From Iphione sp. A-MEVVRFRX5 (lineage: Eukaryota), in assembly GCA_976226885.1 (NCBI GenBank), contig OZ320321.1, positions 23,374,001-23,438,000 on the forward strand: 64,000 bases of DNA, given 5' to 3'. Shown in pieces: positions 46,458 to 58,680 of this stretch. The translations under genes were made by a program, and so were the position numbers. Numbering within the stretch: position 1 is the first letter of the stretch; each line of letters opens with the position of its first letter. A model generated the notes under the pieces. It saw nothing but the letters and a program-made list of their open reading frames with translations. It did no database searches and was not told the origin of the DNA.

Positions 46458-47718
46458 TGCAGTCCTAATGGAAAGCCTAAGCAAGCCAATCTATCTTCAA
46501 AACAATAAATAACTGTCGTCAGCTATACTCCATGACTCTCTACTTAGTTCAGCTGGACTGCTGCTTTAATTTTATCGTCATCATGTAATCAAAGGCTCCT
46601 AAGGATTCTCGGATACTGTTTTGCCTGTTTCTCCGATGCTGACAAAGACCTGGTACGTTTTAGCCTAATCAGAAAGTAAAACAGTCTTCCTGTCGCCAAC
46701 AGATCGTCTGCATATACTCCATTAAATGCCGTCCTCGGCCCCAACGTGGTAGTCTACTGTTAATTATAATCTGTGAATTTGTACTATTTTGGAATAGGAC
46801 AGCGTCAACTAGGAAATTTCATGAAATTCCAAACCATTCCGGAATTCCGCAGGTAATGCTAGGCACCATTCCAGAACGTAAACGATTCTGGAATGACACT
46901 GCATAATTTTTCGGATAGCCCTGCACATTCAAGGATTTTTATGGCCCTGTGCTCTTCCAGAACTTTACAAGCAGCTGATTTTGCATGATTCGCAATTGTG
47001 CTGCTCTATCTAGGAATTCAGAGGACAGCAGATGTGAGAAAAGTTGCAAAAATTCACAAGTCAATGCTCATAGAATTGTAGAAGTCCTCACACATGCAGT
47101 CGGTGAGAGAAAGGTTGTAAAAATTGCAGGGAAAAGCTCAAGGAATTAAAAGAACTAGTCACACATGTCACATCGCCTCGTTGAGCACCCACAGGTGTGA
47201 GGATATACACTGGAACACATCTGAACCTATGAGGAAAGGTGTGTGCGTGAAAATCACATTAGAAGTCCCATTTTCATGTCATTTGGATAAAAAAAAATAA
47301 CGTGTACACATTGGACTCAAATTCAGCACTTCTGCACCACAAATTGAAATATTTTTTTCAGATTGGGATCAATTTCAACAACTTTGCACCAATTGTGGGT
47401 TTATTTGCAAATTAGGAATGGGGATTTTCCTCCCCTGCTTGTCTCTTTGTCTGTTTTCCATTCCCTTTTCTGCTATCTTACTTTCACTGTTCTAGAGTAG
47501 CTCAGCATTCACATTGGCACAATTCTACGAGTGGTGCACAAGCCAGTTATACCTGAGGGCAGAGGATTCCGCAAATCATGCAGATTCATTGGTCATGTCT
47601 GACCCTACTATTTGAAAGGGTAATATAGAAAATTCAATAAAGGTTGAGCTCAAAACAAAACCCAAGGCTCACTGCTGTTGTAATCAGTTTTGGCTTTATT
47701 GACGATATGTGCTACAGT

Positions 47719-47760
47719 CTCAACGTTTCGGAGCCTGGTGGTGTGGCCCTTCTTCAGGAG
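47719..47760 (-). ncRNA. Minimal PLE-type hammerhead ribozyme (solo pseudo-LTR remnant)
   Basis: CUC-CUGAAGA-A-GGGCC(loop)GGCUC-C-GAAACGUU-GAG with palindromic AACGUU stem III, followed by AATAAA at 47700-47695. Confidence 0.55.
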
Positions 47761-48767
47761 TGAGTAATATAGAAAACGTTTCATTCTTTTCAAACACGGT
47801 CTTAATAGAAGTTTAAATTTGTAATAGGATTGGTATTTAAGTAGAATCTACTATAAAGAGAACCATAGCAAAATATTGAGTATGAAATGTACATGTTTAC
47901 AGCTTTATCCATCTTAAAGATATTTGCAAAACAATTATAAAAAAAATATTCAAATACTCAAAAAATCAGGGTTACCGCAAACACAGATATTTTCTTAGTA
48001 GGCCTAAGTAAGAATACTACGAATATCCCTTGGTAATGTAACCGATACCTTATCTATACCAAGCGGAAGCTCCTCTCACTGATAACAACTAATGCAATGC
48101 CCGAGAGCCTTTGTGGGGTTTAAAACTTGAGTATAAGAATTCTGTGGTCAATACTCTCATGGTCGCATTCATAAGCAATTGCTCATATCCTCCCTCGAAA
48201 CATTGTGATTTACATATGTATTCCAAACAGAATGTCGGTTTCTCTCGGAAATCGAATAGGTAAATTGTGATACTCACAACAGAGAAAATGTAATAATTTT
48301 TTACTCAGAAGTCAAGTGCACACCTGACAATTCTCTACACATCTTTCGCCAAGTTCCAGATATTTAGAACAGTTCAGTTTGTGTATTTCCCATAGGCATA
48401 GACCGGAAAACAAAGATAAGACAGTCCTTGACCATCATAATGTACCAGTGGCCCCCCTCTATCGGACCCCTCCCTTCCGGAATCATCGTATAACTGGACG
48501 GTATTTGAATAACCAAGCCCTTTTCTCTATAAATTGTACTATTTAACCGGACCCCTCCTTTCCGTAATCGGACGAAATTTAACTGCATTTTAGAGCATTT
48601 AACATAGGAAATACATTCACTTAACCGGAGACGTGGATAGGGGTTTGTTTGAAGTACATAGCGTCAGTTTGAGGGAGAACAAAGGAAGAATCAGAGATGC
48701 GCGAAATGGTTACATAAGACTGACGCATGGGGCTGTCCCCCTAAAGGAAGAGACAACATAGCGCAGA

Positions 48768-48972
48768 GAAATTTGCCGTTTTTGCCACTTTCTCCATGGA
48801 ATATGCCTCAATCTCCATGAATTTTGCCGTTTTTTGTCACTTTCTTCTTGAAATTTGCCGTTTTTGACACTTTCTTCATGGAATATGCCTCAATCTCCAT
48901 GAATTTTGCCGTTTTTTGTCACTTTCTTCTTGAAATTTGCCGTTTCTGACATTTTCTCCATGGAATATGCCT
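48768..48972. repeat. Tandem repeat, 82-bp period, ~2.5 copies
   Basis: ATGGAATATGCC at 48796, 48878 and 48960. Confidence 0.9.
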
Positions 48973-50439
48973 TTACTATTATGACAGTTTTCCCCACCAG
49001 GAGACGCATGGTGCTGAGTCGCCACTCCGGACCCCCTCCCTTCCGGACAATTTTGCGCATTCCGCTACCCCTCCGGTTAGGGGGGGGCCGACGGTATATC
49101 AATGCCACTGTCGCCATAATCCTATTCCATTAAATATTAATTCACAGTTGATCAAAATAAGACGTTGTAAAATTTTGTTCTTGTAGTTTCACAAAGAAAA
49201 TACCCAATTGGATCAATTTAAGAATTATTGCACGGACTGGCATCATGTCTGCTGTTCATGCACGTACTCAGAGAGGAAGGGGAAGTACTTTTAAACATAA
49301 ACCTCGGGAAAATTCTATCAGAGCAAGATCGAATTACGGAAGCATGGATCATGTTAAACAAACGGGATAGAAGATTGGAAACACAAAGGATTTACAGCCT
49401 TGAATTACCGTTTCAGGTATTAGTATACATTATGTAATGCCTGACATTCAAGATACCATTGTTCCTTTAGACTTACGTGTAAACAAGAAAACGGGTAATT
49501 AATTAAATATCTCGCGCGGATAACTATATATCATATTGCATTTGATGCTTGCGTCATTCAAAATGTCATTGTAGATTAATCTCTGTGTATGTGTGGGGGG
49601 AGGGAAGGCGGGGGGGGGGGGTAATAATGAAGGTAATTAATCAAAATTCTTACACAATGGTATTTGATTTAGGTCCACCTTTAACTTACCGCCTTCTGTA
49701 AGAGGAGCTACCGTGGCGTGGCCGTGTCTATCATGGAGAACGTATATCTGTCACAGGTGTCGTCTCGGCTGAAAAGTCCAAGGTCACCACTAATTCTCCT
49801 CGTGAAGGGTTTGAACGCCTTCAAAGGGCGGACGCGAGAAAGCAATGACAAGCACCTGGGTGTAACTGTAGGACGGAGGCGTCGAGTTCGATACAGGCAC
49901 TAGAAGAGAGAGAGGATGAAGAGGTTGACGCCCACAACAACAACCGTATCTTGGGCAACAAACAAGGGTGGACTTACCCAACAAGGTACGATATATTTCG
50001 AATGTAGGACATGGGATAAGTCAAAGGTTAAAGAAACGTTTATTCTGAAAGTCGGAAGATATTGTAGTGGAGACATGCCGGAAGAAGTACATCTTCCTAA
50101 AAGAAGTACATCTTCCAAAAGAAATATATTATCTTTTACAGATAAGAATTATTATCACAAAGTAACCAAAGAAAATGAGAAATAAATTGTATATAATTCT
50201 GAATAATGTTTTATTCTTAAGAAACGTATTTAACCGAAAATGTTCTTGGAAAATCTGGTTCCCACTTAAATAGGGGGGAGTGTTGCAGGGACTGCCCACT
50301 ATCCACAAGTCCCCTATCACATGGTTGGAGTGTAAGATAAGAATATAGAAGAGCGCGGAGCTACGTCACACCTGTGGGCAATGGAGCGGAACCGCTGAAA
50401 GCAAACACCTTGGGCTCTATATTGCCTATAGATAGGCAT

Positions 50440-51120
50440 GGAGTTCTGTGTATAGATGTGTGTATGGATGTGTATAGGTGTGTCTATAGATAAGTGTGTA
50501 GTTGTGTGTATGAATGTATGTATGGATATGTATACATGTATGTGTCTTTGTTATGTTTAAATGCATGTATGGATGTGGGTAGATGTGTCTTTGATATGTG
50601 AGTACTTGTGTGTATAGATGTGCTGTATGGATATGTCTAGGTGTATGTGTTTATAAATATGTTTGTAGTTGTGTGTATAGATGTATGTATAGATATGTGT
50701 AGGTGTATCTGTCTATACATATGTGTGTACATGTGTGTATAGATGTGTGTATGCATATGTGTACATGTATCTGTCTATACATATATGTGTAGTTGTGTTT
50801 ATAGATGTGTGCATGGATGTGTGTGTGCATATATATAGGTGTATCTGTCTATACATGTGTGTATACTTGTGTTTATAGATGTGTATATGGATGTGTTTGT
50901 GCATATGTGTAGGTGTATCTGTCTATAGTTATGTGTCTATAGATGTGTATAGGTGTGTGTATGGATGTAAGCAGGTTGTGTCTTTTTAATGTCTATAGAT
51001 ATGCATCTAGTTGTGCATAATATATGTGTGTATGGGTGTGTGTATGTGTATCTATATTTGATATGTGTGTGTTGTTTGTATAGATGTGTGTGGTTGTGTG
51101 AATAGATGTGTCTATAGATG
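50440..51120. repeat. Degenerate TG/TA-rich array (GTGTATAGATGTGTGTATGGAT-like) in the DIRS 5' region
   Basis: Direct reading; similar array at 55200-55555. Confidence 0.9.
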
Positions 51121-51257
51121 AGGGGGTACCGTGGCGCGGTAGCTAGTTATCTCCATTGACGCTAGGGGCCAACCCATATTTAGATCGCTGCACTCGCTTG
51201 GCGCCCCAGTCTAGCTACTGTCGCCACGCACCGAAAGTCGAGTCGAGTCCAGCTATC

Positions 51258-52232
51258 ATGGCTGAGAAGGACAGCGACGAAGAAACCAAGGCAATTTTCT
51301 TGGAAATTATGAAGCGAATGAAAGGCATAGAAGTGAGACTAGATGCCATGGAGGGGAAGAAATCCAAGGAAGACCCGAAGGGCAAGACGAAACCGAATGT
51401 TGTTACAAGGCTGGCATCCAAAATGGCTGCCGCGGCGACACAGTCAGCCGGTGCGGTGACTAACTTGGACGAGGCGGTCATAACAGAGGGCGACAACACA
51501 CCAGAGCAACAAGACTTCCCTATGCCTGAGGAATTACGTGCCCTGGCAGAAGAAAATATGGAGAGTATAATAAAGACTCTCTATCCAGACACCATCGAAG
51601 CCAAAGGTAAGGCTAAGAAAATCACCCTGGCGACATATGTGTACCAGGGCTCAGAGAAGCCCGAGATTGACCAACTGTCTTTCTACCAGTATTTGCTAGG
51701 CTTGCTGAAGATGATATCTGACCCTAAGCTCCCCTCCCATATCAGTAAGGACGATTTACTGGACCATATGAAAGACTTGGTGGGGGAAGCAGCAGCAGTT
51801 CCATGGGCCCCCCTTCAGAGATGGGTAGGGGAGCTTTGGGATGATGTAGCAACAAAAAGAATCAGCATGTCCGATAGTCAAAAGGTGCAGCAGCTAAAGG
51901 GAAAAGCAATGCATGAACATTGGCAGATAGCAGGGCGGGAATCGCCATGCATTCAGCTCCCATGTCCCGCCTGGCTACAGGGAAAATGTAAGAAGGACTC
52001 CCCACATGTCCACGCAGACCTCGTGATGTTCCATGGCTGTCCAGTGTGTTTTTTCTTATTTAATAAGACTTTGGACCACCGAACTGATGTGTGTCGGCAG
52101 AAGAAGAGGGTGCTGAAGGACGACCGAGAGAGGAAGCCATGGCAGGATCAGCAGCCGCAGCCACAGCGCCAAGCGAGGAGGACAGACAATTCCTGGCAGG
52201 GATCCTGGCAGAACAACCCCTCCTCCAGCTAG
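51258..52232 (+). CDS. gag-like protein of the YR retrotransposon
   Basis: Intact ORF (ATG 51258 in ORF 51156-52232); C-terminal CPAW..GKC...H...CPVC...H...C Cys/His cluster typical of DIRS/Ngaro gag. Confidence 0.8.
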   Translation: MAEKDSDEETKAIFLEIMKRMKGIEVRLDAMEGKKSKEDPKGKTKPNVVTRLASKMAAAATQSAGAVTNLDEAVITEGDNTPEQQDFPMPEELRALAEENMESIIKTLYPDTIEAKGKAKKITLATYVYQGSEKPEIDQLSFYQYLLGLLKMISDPKLPSHISKDDLLDHMKDLVGEAAAVPWAPLQRWVGELWDDVATKRISMSDSQKVQQLKGKAMHEHWQIAGRESPCIQLPCPAWLQGKCKKDSPHVHADLVMFHGCPVCFFLFNKTLDHRTDVCRQKKRVLKDDRERKPWQDQQPQPQRQARRTDNSWQGSWQNNPSSS

Positions 52233-54044
52233 ATATTGAGTCTACAGACGATCCAGCACAAGACACCCCGGTCGACCATAATGTCTCTAATTTTTCTATT
52301 TTTTCCAGGCCTCCTCCGATGATTGATTGTTATGTGATTAGGGTGCATACTGAGTGGCCAGAGCCAGTGGCCGAGTGCCCACCACTACTGAGAGAAATAT
52401 ATTCACAGGTGAAATCGTCGGGTCGGCATAATATGTCTGAGTGCCGTTTGACCCTCCCCACCAACCTGAACCTGGCCGCATGGGCCGACTTACTGCCACT
52501 TAACTCCCTATGCAATTCATTTCTGCTAGACTGCCTTAAATATGGTTTCCCCATAGGGATTCAGGGTACCCCGGCCCCCTTCTGCCTAAAGTCCAACTTT
52601 CCAACCGCAGAGGCCTATGCCCAACATATCCAGGATTACATACACACTGAGTCGAAGGATGGTGCGTTAGTTGGCCCCTTTCCCACTCCAATTTTTTCCT
52701 GGTCAGTAACTAGCCCTATCCTTACTAGACCTAAGGATGGGGGACGTAAGAGAAGGATCATAGTGGACCTCTCCTTCTCTGGAGTTAACAGTCTAATCCC
52801 TGAGCACGACTATTATGGCCTCCCAGTTTTCCTGCGTCTGCCTGCCACTCACAACCTCGCAGCTGTGATCTCCACTCTGCCCTCACCTTTATATCTCTTC
52901 TCAGTTGACTTCTAGAGCCTATAGGCACTTTAACATTGACCCACTGTACTGGCCCTTCTCCTAGATTTTGTATGACTCACACTACTACTTTGATCTCAGG
53001 CTCCCATTCGGGACGCGCTATAGTTCACTCTTGGTTCAACTGTTGTCAGAAAAAATAATCCACCACGTCTTGCATGTATTTGAAGGGCTCAAGTCGTTTG
53101 CCTACTTAGATGATTATGTATTCATGAGTAATCAGCGCGACACCGCTGATCAAGCATATGCTTACATTGTCGACTTGCTGTTGTCGCTGGACTTGCCACC
53201 AGCAGTTAATAAGTGTGTCCCCCCAACACACTTGTTGACCTGGCTGGGTATTACATTCGATACTAAAGAAATGAAAATGTCAATTCCCCAGATGAAGGTA
53301 ACCAAGACATTGGTGATGGTTAGGAAGATACTGGGCTTGCCATGCGTCTCATATAAATGTTTGCAGAGACTGCTTGGTCTAATTAATTTCGTGGCTAAGT
53401 GTGTAAGGCCAGCTCGCCTGTTTGTTGGCAGAATATTAGATAGATATCGAGAATGTGTATCGCAGAACTACCAAAATGTTCCTTTAACTGACAATATGCG
53501 CGCAGATCTAAGGTGGTTTGTTAATTTCTTATCTAGATACAATGGTATCTCCTGCATGCCTGTTGGTCCAATAATGGACACTTTGTATTGTGACGCATGT
53601 TTACAGGGGTTAGGCGCATATTCATCAAAATATTATTACTACAGCAAAGCCCCTCCTTGCCTAGCAGGTAGATCAATTGCCGAAATTGAAGCACTGAATG
53701 TATCACTAGCGGTGCATACCATTGTCCCCTTGTACCCACCTGGATCAAGTTTCATCGTGTTTTGTGATAACATAGCTTCTGTTCAGGTGTTTGCCTCAGG
53801 ACGAGGAAAAGATCTGTATATTCTGAAAGCAGCTCGGTCCATATGGTTTGTCCAGGCCCAGCACGATGCTACATTGTATTTCCAGCATAGAGAGGGAGCG
53901 AAGATGGTATACGCTGACGCCTTAAGTAGATATTATTTGGCGCCAAAGTATGTTAATATTGTACGCCGGTTCTTGGCCGAAAACCCTACTATTGTGCATC
54001 TGCGAGTTAATGAGAAGAAAATCCAGAAGATTCTCATGTATTAG
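52139..54044 (+). pseudogene. DIRS-type pol (RT + RNase H) interrupted by a frameshift and stop at ~52910-52965
   Basis: RRIIVDLSF, D..RAYRHF.IDP..WP (shifted frame), LPFG, AYLDDY, WLGITFD; RNase H CDAC..GLG, I...EALN, VFCDN, ADALSR. Confidence 0.92.
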
Positions 54045-54145
54045 GTCTCTATGTTACAGACGACAGGCTGGGCCCTCTAGCCAGAGCAGCCGCGCGGGCC
54101 CAGAGGAGTGCTGTCACCGAGTCATCCCGCACAGCGAGGCTAAGG

Positions 54146-55018
54146 ATGTTCAAACTGTATATGGGTTTCTGTAGGTATTATTCAATCAACTGGGCATCTA
54201 TTGCCGTCAGCGACATTCTAATATTTGTGGAATATTTAGCCCTGTTTTACAATAACCCACAGACTTTGCATCAGTTCGTCTCGGCCATCAGGCTAGTTCT
54301 TCAGTTGCTGCAGAAACAACACGACACCTGGGATGACCCTAGGGTCAAGGCGGCCCTCAAGTCCCACGACAAGAACTCCACTCACCTGGCCGACAGGAAG
54401 CTGCCGATCTCGCCAGGACATCTCACATGTATGGTAAACCTGCTGGAGAACATGGGCGCAGTAGGGACAGTGATGAAAGCCCTTTATTTGTTTATGTACC
54501 ACTCACTTCTACGACAAAGCAATATATTGGTGAAATCCCATACAGCATTCGACCCGTCAAAATTGTTACTCATCGGAGACCTTGACTTTCAAGCGGACGG
54601 TTGTAACGTTACTGTCAAGTGGGCGAAGACCGTTTCCAAGAGGTCTCCTGTCAATATCTTTGTGCCCAAAACCGATAATTGTCTGTGTCCGATCAAAGCT
54701 ATTCACGATATGTACGCCCTGTTCCAGGATAATCATAAGAGTAACCCAGTCTTTAGGGATCCGGTGCTTGCCCTGCCCATCACGACAATGAAGGCAGCAA
54801 ATGTTTTGACTATCCTTAACAGAGCTCTAGGCCTCCCTACTAATGCATACTCTCTGCATAGTTTACGCAGAGGCGGAGCCACAGCCCTGCAGTTCCTAGG
54901 TGCCCACGAAGACGGTATCATGGCACAGGGAACGTGGAAGTCTAAGTCTGCTTATCAGATATACACATCCAGGTACCTGGCTGCTCATAAAGCAGCTGAG
55001 AAACTCAAAATGCTATGA
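54146..55018 (+). CDS. Tyrosine recombinase; the frame is open from 54014, upstream of the first ATG
   Basis: LLRQSN (catalytic R), HSLRRGGAT (HxxR), GTWKS and AYQIY (catalytic Y); no lesions. Confidence 0.93.
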   Translation: MFKLYMGFCRYYSINWASIAVSDILIFVEYLALFYNNPQTLHQFVSAIRLVLQLLQKQHDTWDDPRVKAALKSHDKNSTHLADRKLPISPGHLTCMVNLLENMGAVGTVMKALYLFMYHSLLRQSNILVKSHTAFDPSKLLLIGDLDFQADGCNVTVKWAKTVSKRSPVNIFVPKTDNCLCPIKAIHDMYALFQDNHKSNPVFRDPVLALPITTMKAANVLTILNRALGLPTNAYSLHSLRRGGATALQFLGAHEDGIMAQGTWKSKSAYQIYTSRYLAAHKAAEKLKML

Positions 55019-55199
55019 TCCTCAGCTGCGTAAACCTGTCATTGGCTTGGCGGTTCTCTAGATTGTATAAGATATTAACAGGCCGGTTGTCGCATATGAG
55101 TATGTCGATAGGTGGGGAGTAGGGCACTCCCCCCCTCACAATGGATGTATGTTGAAATCCCATTGGTATTCCATGAATAAACCTTTTTATGTTAACCCT

Positions 55200-55559
55200 G
55201 TGTTGTGTTGAGATAATGTGTGTCAGTCTGTATATAGATGTGTGTATGGGTGTGTGTCGGTTTATGTGTCTATACATATATGTGCAGTTGTGTGTAATAG
55301 ATGTGTATTTGGATGTGTATTGCTGTATGCACCTTTGTGTGGTTTATAAATATATTTGTAGTTGTGTGAATGGATGTGTATTGGTGTATGCACCTTTGTG
55401 TGGTGCATAGATATGTGTGTAGTTGTGTGTATAGATGTGAGTTTGGATGTGTACTGGTGTATGCAACATTTCTGTGGTGTATATATATAGTTATATGTAT
55501 ACATGTGTGCATGGATGTGTATTGGTGTATGCAACCTTTTTGTGGTCTATAGATATACA

Positions 55560-55591
<32 letters not shown>

Positions 55592-55638
55592 TCCCTTCTT
55601 TCTCTCTTCCCTCCATCTCTCTCTCTCCCTCTCCACCC

Positions 55639-55671
<33 letters not shown>

Positions 55672-55700
55672 CCCCTCTCTCCCCCCTCTCTCTCTCTCCC
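55200..55700. repeat. TG/TA-rich array followed by a (CT)n polypyrimidine tract in the DIRS 3' region
   Basis: Direct reading. Confidence 0.9.
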
Positions 55701-57581
55701 TCTATGTGTTACCTCTAATTCACACCTTTGTTTTCAGCAGTTCCGCCTGAGCGAACACCAAGTACCCGGCTGTCCGCGCTCTTCTATATATTGGAGTTGA
55801 TTGTTATCATGTAATTCAGTGTATGGACATTGTGTAGGAGTGCACTTATGGTAGTCACGTGAATATTCCAGTAACCACTCTAGTAATCTTAATGAAGCAA
55901 CCAATCAGTATGGTTGCAAGGGTTATTTTTAGGAGGAAGTCCAGACAGTTGTCTAGACAGTTACCATTTTTAGAAGTTCTTATGTAATCAGTATGTCATG
56001 TGACTTGGCTTTAAGAGTATATAAGCTTGTATCTTTTGTTGAATATACAGATACTCTCAGTTGCACTCTGAGAGAGTTCCACCTCAGTAAGCCATTTTTC
56101 TTTGTTTGGAGTGAACCAGATATTTTATTATTGTTATTATTTCACGTCGCCCTCCTTGCTGGAGACCCAGTTCACGTCACAATATTAACCATGATAGGCA
56201 AATAACGAAAACATAGCACTGCATTAAATTCGCTGTAAGGACGGTTTGTACCCGATGCCCGGAGAAGTGAATAAAAATCTCTCAGTCTCAATCTCAATCA
56301 TGGGTACGTGTAGCACTTGATGTTAGGGGTATATGCGTCAATATTTCGTTTATCAGGATACTCGATGTAGAACTCCGTCGTACAAACGTATCAGCTTATA
56401 GAATCATCAAGGCTTGTGATGTTATGTACCAATGGTGATACCTCAGTCGGAGAACTGGCATCACTCCCTTTGAGTAGGATACGGCAGGAACTCATTGAGA
56501 GTTGCTCACTTTGAAAGCTGATTCGCCCCTAAGTTCTCAGCGTTTAACCGCTCTATCAAGTAAGTGGCTGGGTTTCCTCTTCAATAGCTTGTCTATGTGT
56601 ACTAGTAGCCAAATTTAAGCTATCAGGTATCACTAATACGTATGAACCCCATTGGGCATGAAACTCCATATCAAGAATGTTATTTTGTAATGACCCCTTC
56701 GAAAGCGGACTCATTAAAGCTCTCTTCTCCGGGACCACATCCCAATCTCTCAATGGGATATTACTTAAATCTCCCGGTGGCCGCCCACGCTAGAATGAGA
56801 GCGCACTTCCTATGCGGTCATGTATCGAGCAATGGGACAGAAATGTAAGCCTATCTATATCTTCACGTCTATAACTACATTGTCCGTATGTAGGATTAAA
56901 GTGGGCGCATAGGCCACCCTGCACGTAGTACTAACGTATTGTTTACGGCGGTCTTTCCACGTAAGCGTATTTTTCTTCGTCCGTATTATGCGTGGATCAA
57001 ACATATGGAGCAAACAGACCTCGTTGGCATGTAGGAATGTACACGTTTTACGCCAGGGAATCAGAACAATATCGCTGATATGGAAAGCTTAATAGTACAT
57101 GTTGTTTCAGCAGCATACCTTAAAAGGTGTAACTGTCGCTATCTACAGTCGATACGCAATTTCCAGATACCTAATATCCGAAAAGATGCGATTTCAGAAA
57201 GGATACCTTGAGGCAAAAAGGCTTTGGCGATACAAATTTATTATACATCCAAACAAAGCGAATAGAATATCACGCAACGAGCATCATTCGGATGTGTAGT
57301 TTATACTGTATATGTAAACTTAATATATATTAGAAGGTCGCACTTGAAGTAACATTACTTCGGGACCTGAAATGTCATACACGACAGGAGAATCTAAGCA
57401 AAGATTAGATAGCAATTCACCTTCAGCGACGTGAGACGAAATAAATGAGTTCAACGATGGCAGTATACAGTGTAACGCCTTATTTGTGACCACGACTCTG
57501 GTCCGAGCGCAAATGGCCGTAATAGCGAATATGGTCAGAAATCAGGTTTCTGTAGGTGGAGTAGGGATCAAGCTTGGAATT

Positions 57582-57584
<3 letters not shown>

Positions 57585-57632
<48 letters not shown>
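57585..57632. repeat. (CT)n microsatellite
   Basis: Direct reading. Confidence 0.95.
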
Positions 57633-57634
<2 letters not shown>

Positions 57635-57900
57635 CGAGTAAATACATCTCCAAAAAGTGCTGAATTTGAAGAGTAGTAGTAAAAACGGCCTTCAATATGA
57701 CGAATATGAGTCAAATTTTCTATGAGCATGGACATGTCACACCTCCCTCACACCTCTACCCACACCTTGGACAATGATTAACCCTCAGAATAATCAGAAA
57801 TAGACATTATATACAATAGATATGACCCTAGCGCGTGTGGTTGGAGGCCAATATTGGTCAGAAATCAATCACTTTGCATATTGATTAACTATAGAAAATA

Positions 57901-58075
57901 TGGTGGAACCCCTGTACTAAGGAAGCCCTCTATAAAGGACATTCCCACTATGGACTGACTGGAAACAAAACAAAACCTATACAATCATGTTTAAATACTC
58001 CTACTATAAAGGACACCCCTCTTTACGGACAGTTTTTGGTCAGTCCCTTGCTATCGTAGTAGAGAGGTTCCACTG
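57901..58075. mobile_element. MITE related to 19748-19925
   Basis: GTGGAACCCC.TACTAAG.A..CCCTCTATAAAGGACA shared with 19748; ends GGTTCCACTG. Confidence 0.7.
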
Positions 58076-58589
58076 CATTTCCATTCCAAGCTCAATCGGT
58101 TACATTATCAAATTTGGTTGGAAATTGATGCATTCGCAAATTGGCATTCGGCTGTATAAGGAAATACAGTAGAAACTCTAACAAGGGTCAGATTTGGTTT
58201 CTGGACAAATTTACGGCCATTAAGGGAGGTGACTGATGGAGAGAGGTATTTCACTGTAGACGACTGACAGCAGCATCTACTAGTAGAATATAGAGAGGTG
58301 TAGCAATCTATTCCAAAGCAGTGTGTCCGTTGTAGGGGTTTACCACTGGGGGTGGTGACCGTTAAGAGAGTTCCTCCCATATGGTTATCCTCCCCAACAC
58401 GTAGCGTGGTCGCATTTTTAATGCGAGGCATATGATCAACCACGGAGAGAACGGTGTCTAGGTGAACATAGCTGACGTTTCCCTGATGGAATCAAGAAAG
58501 GACAATCATGCGCTTATCCTGGATCTAGACCGTTCAAATGCACGGAAATGCTGTGTGCCATGTTTCAGTCAGCGGTCATCGTTTGGTTG

Positions 58590-58680
58590 ACTTGGATCTC
58601 CTGGACAAACAACTTGAGTTATTGATCTGGATACGAAGACGTTTCGCCCGCTAGCTGAGAAGGAACTGACTCACCCTCAG
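58590..58680 (-). mobile_element. Possible degenerate PLE pseudo-LTR fragment
   Basis: GAAGACGTTTCGCCC is the reverse complement of the GGCGAAACGTC hammerhead half; the CUGANGA half is not intact. Confidence 0.3.

Larger units (their letters stand above)
50271..55838 (+). mobile_element. DIRS-like tyrosine-recombinase retrotransposon
   Basis: gag, RT/RNase H and YR ORFs; imperfect inverted termini; internal complementary region near 55107-55143; TAGG at both predicted ends. Confidence 0.88.

Noticed and set aside
52049-52063. T TTT TTC slippery heptamer in gag as a gag-pol -1 frameshift site
   Set aside because: The -1 frame hits TAA at 52061 and TGA before 52091, so it cannot reach pol.
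50713-55800. His/Thr/Tyr- or Val/Cys-rich short ORFs in the TG arrays
   Set aside because: Translation artefacts of low-complexity DNA.
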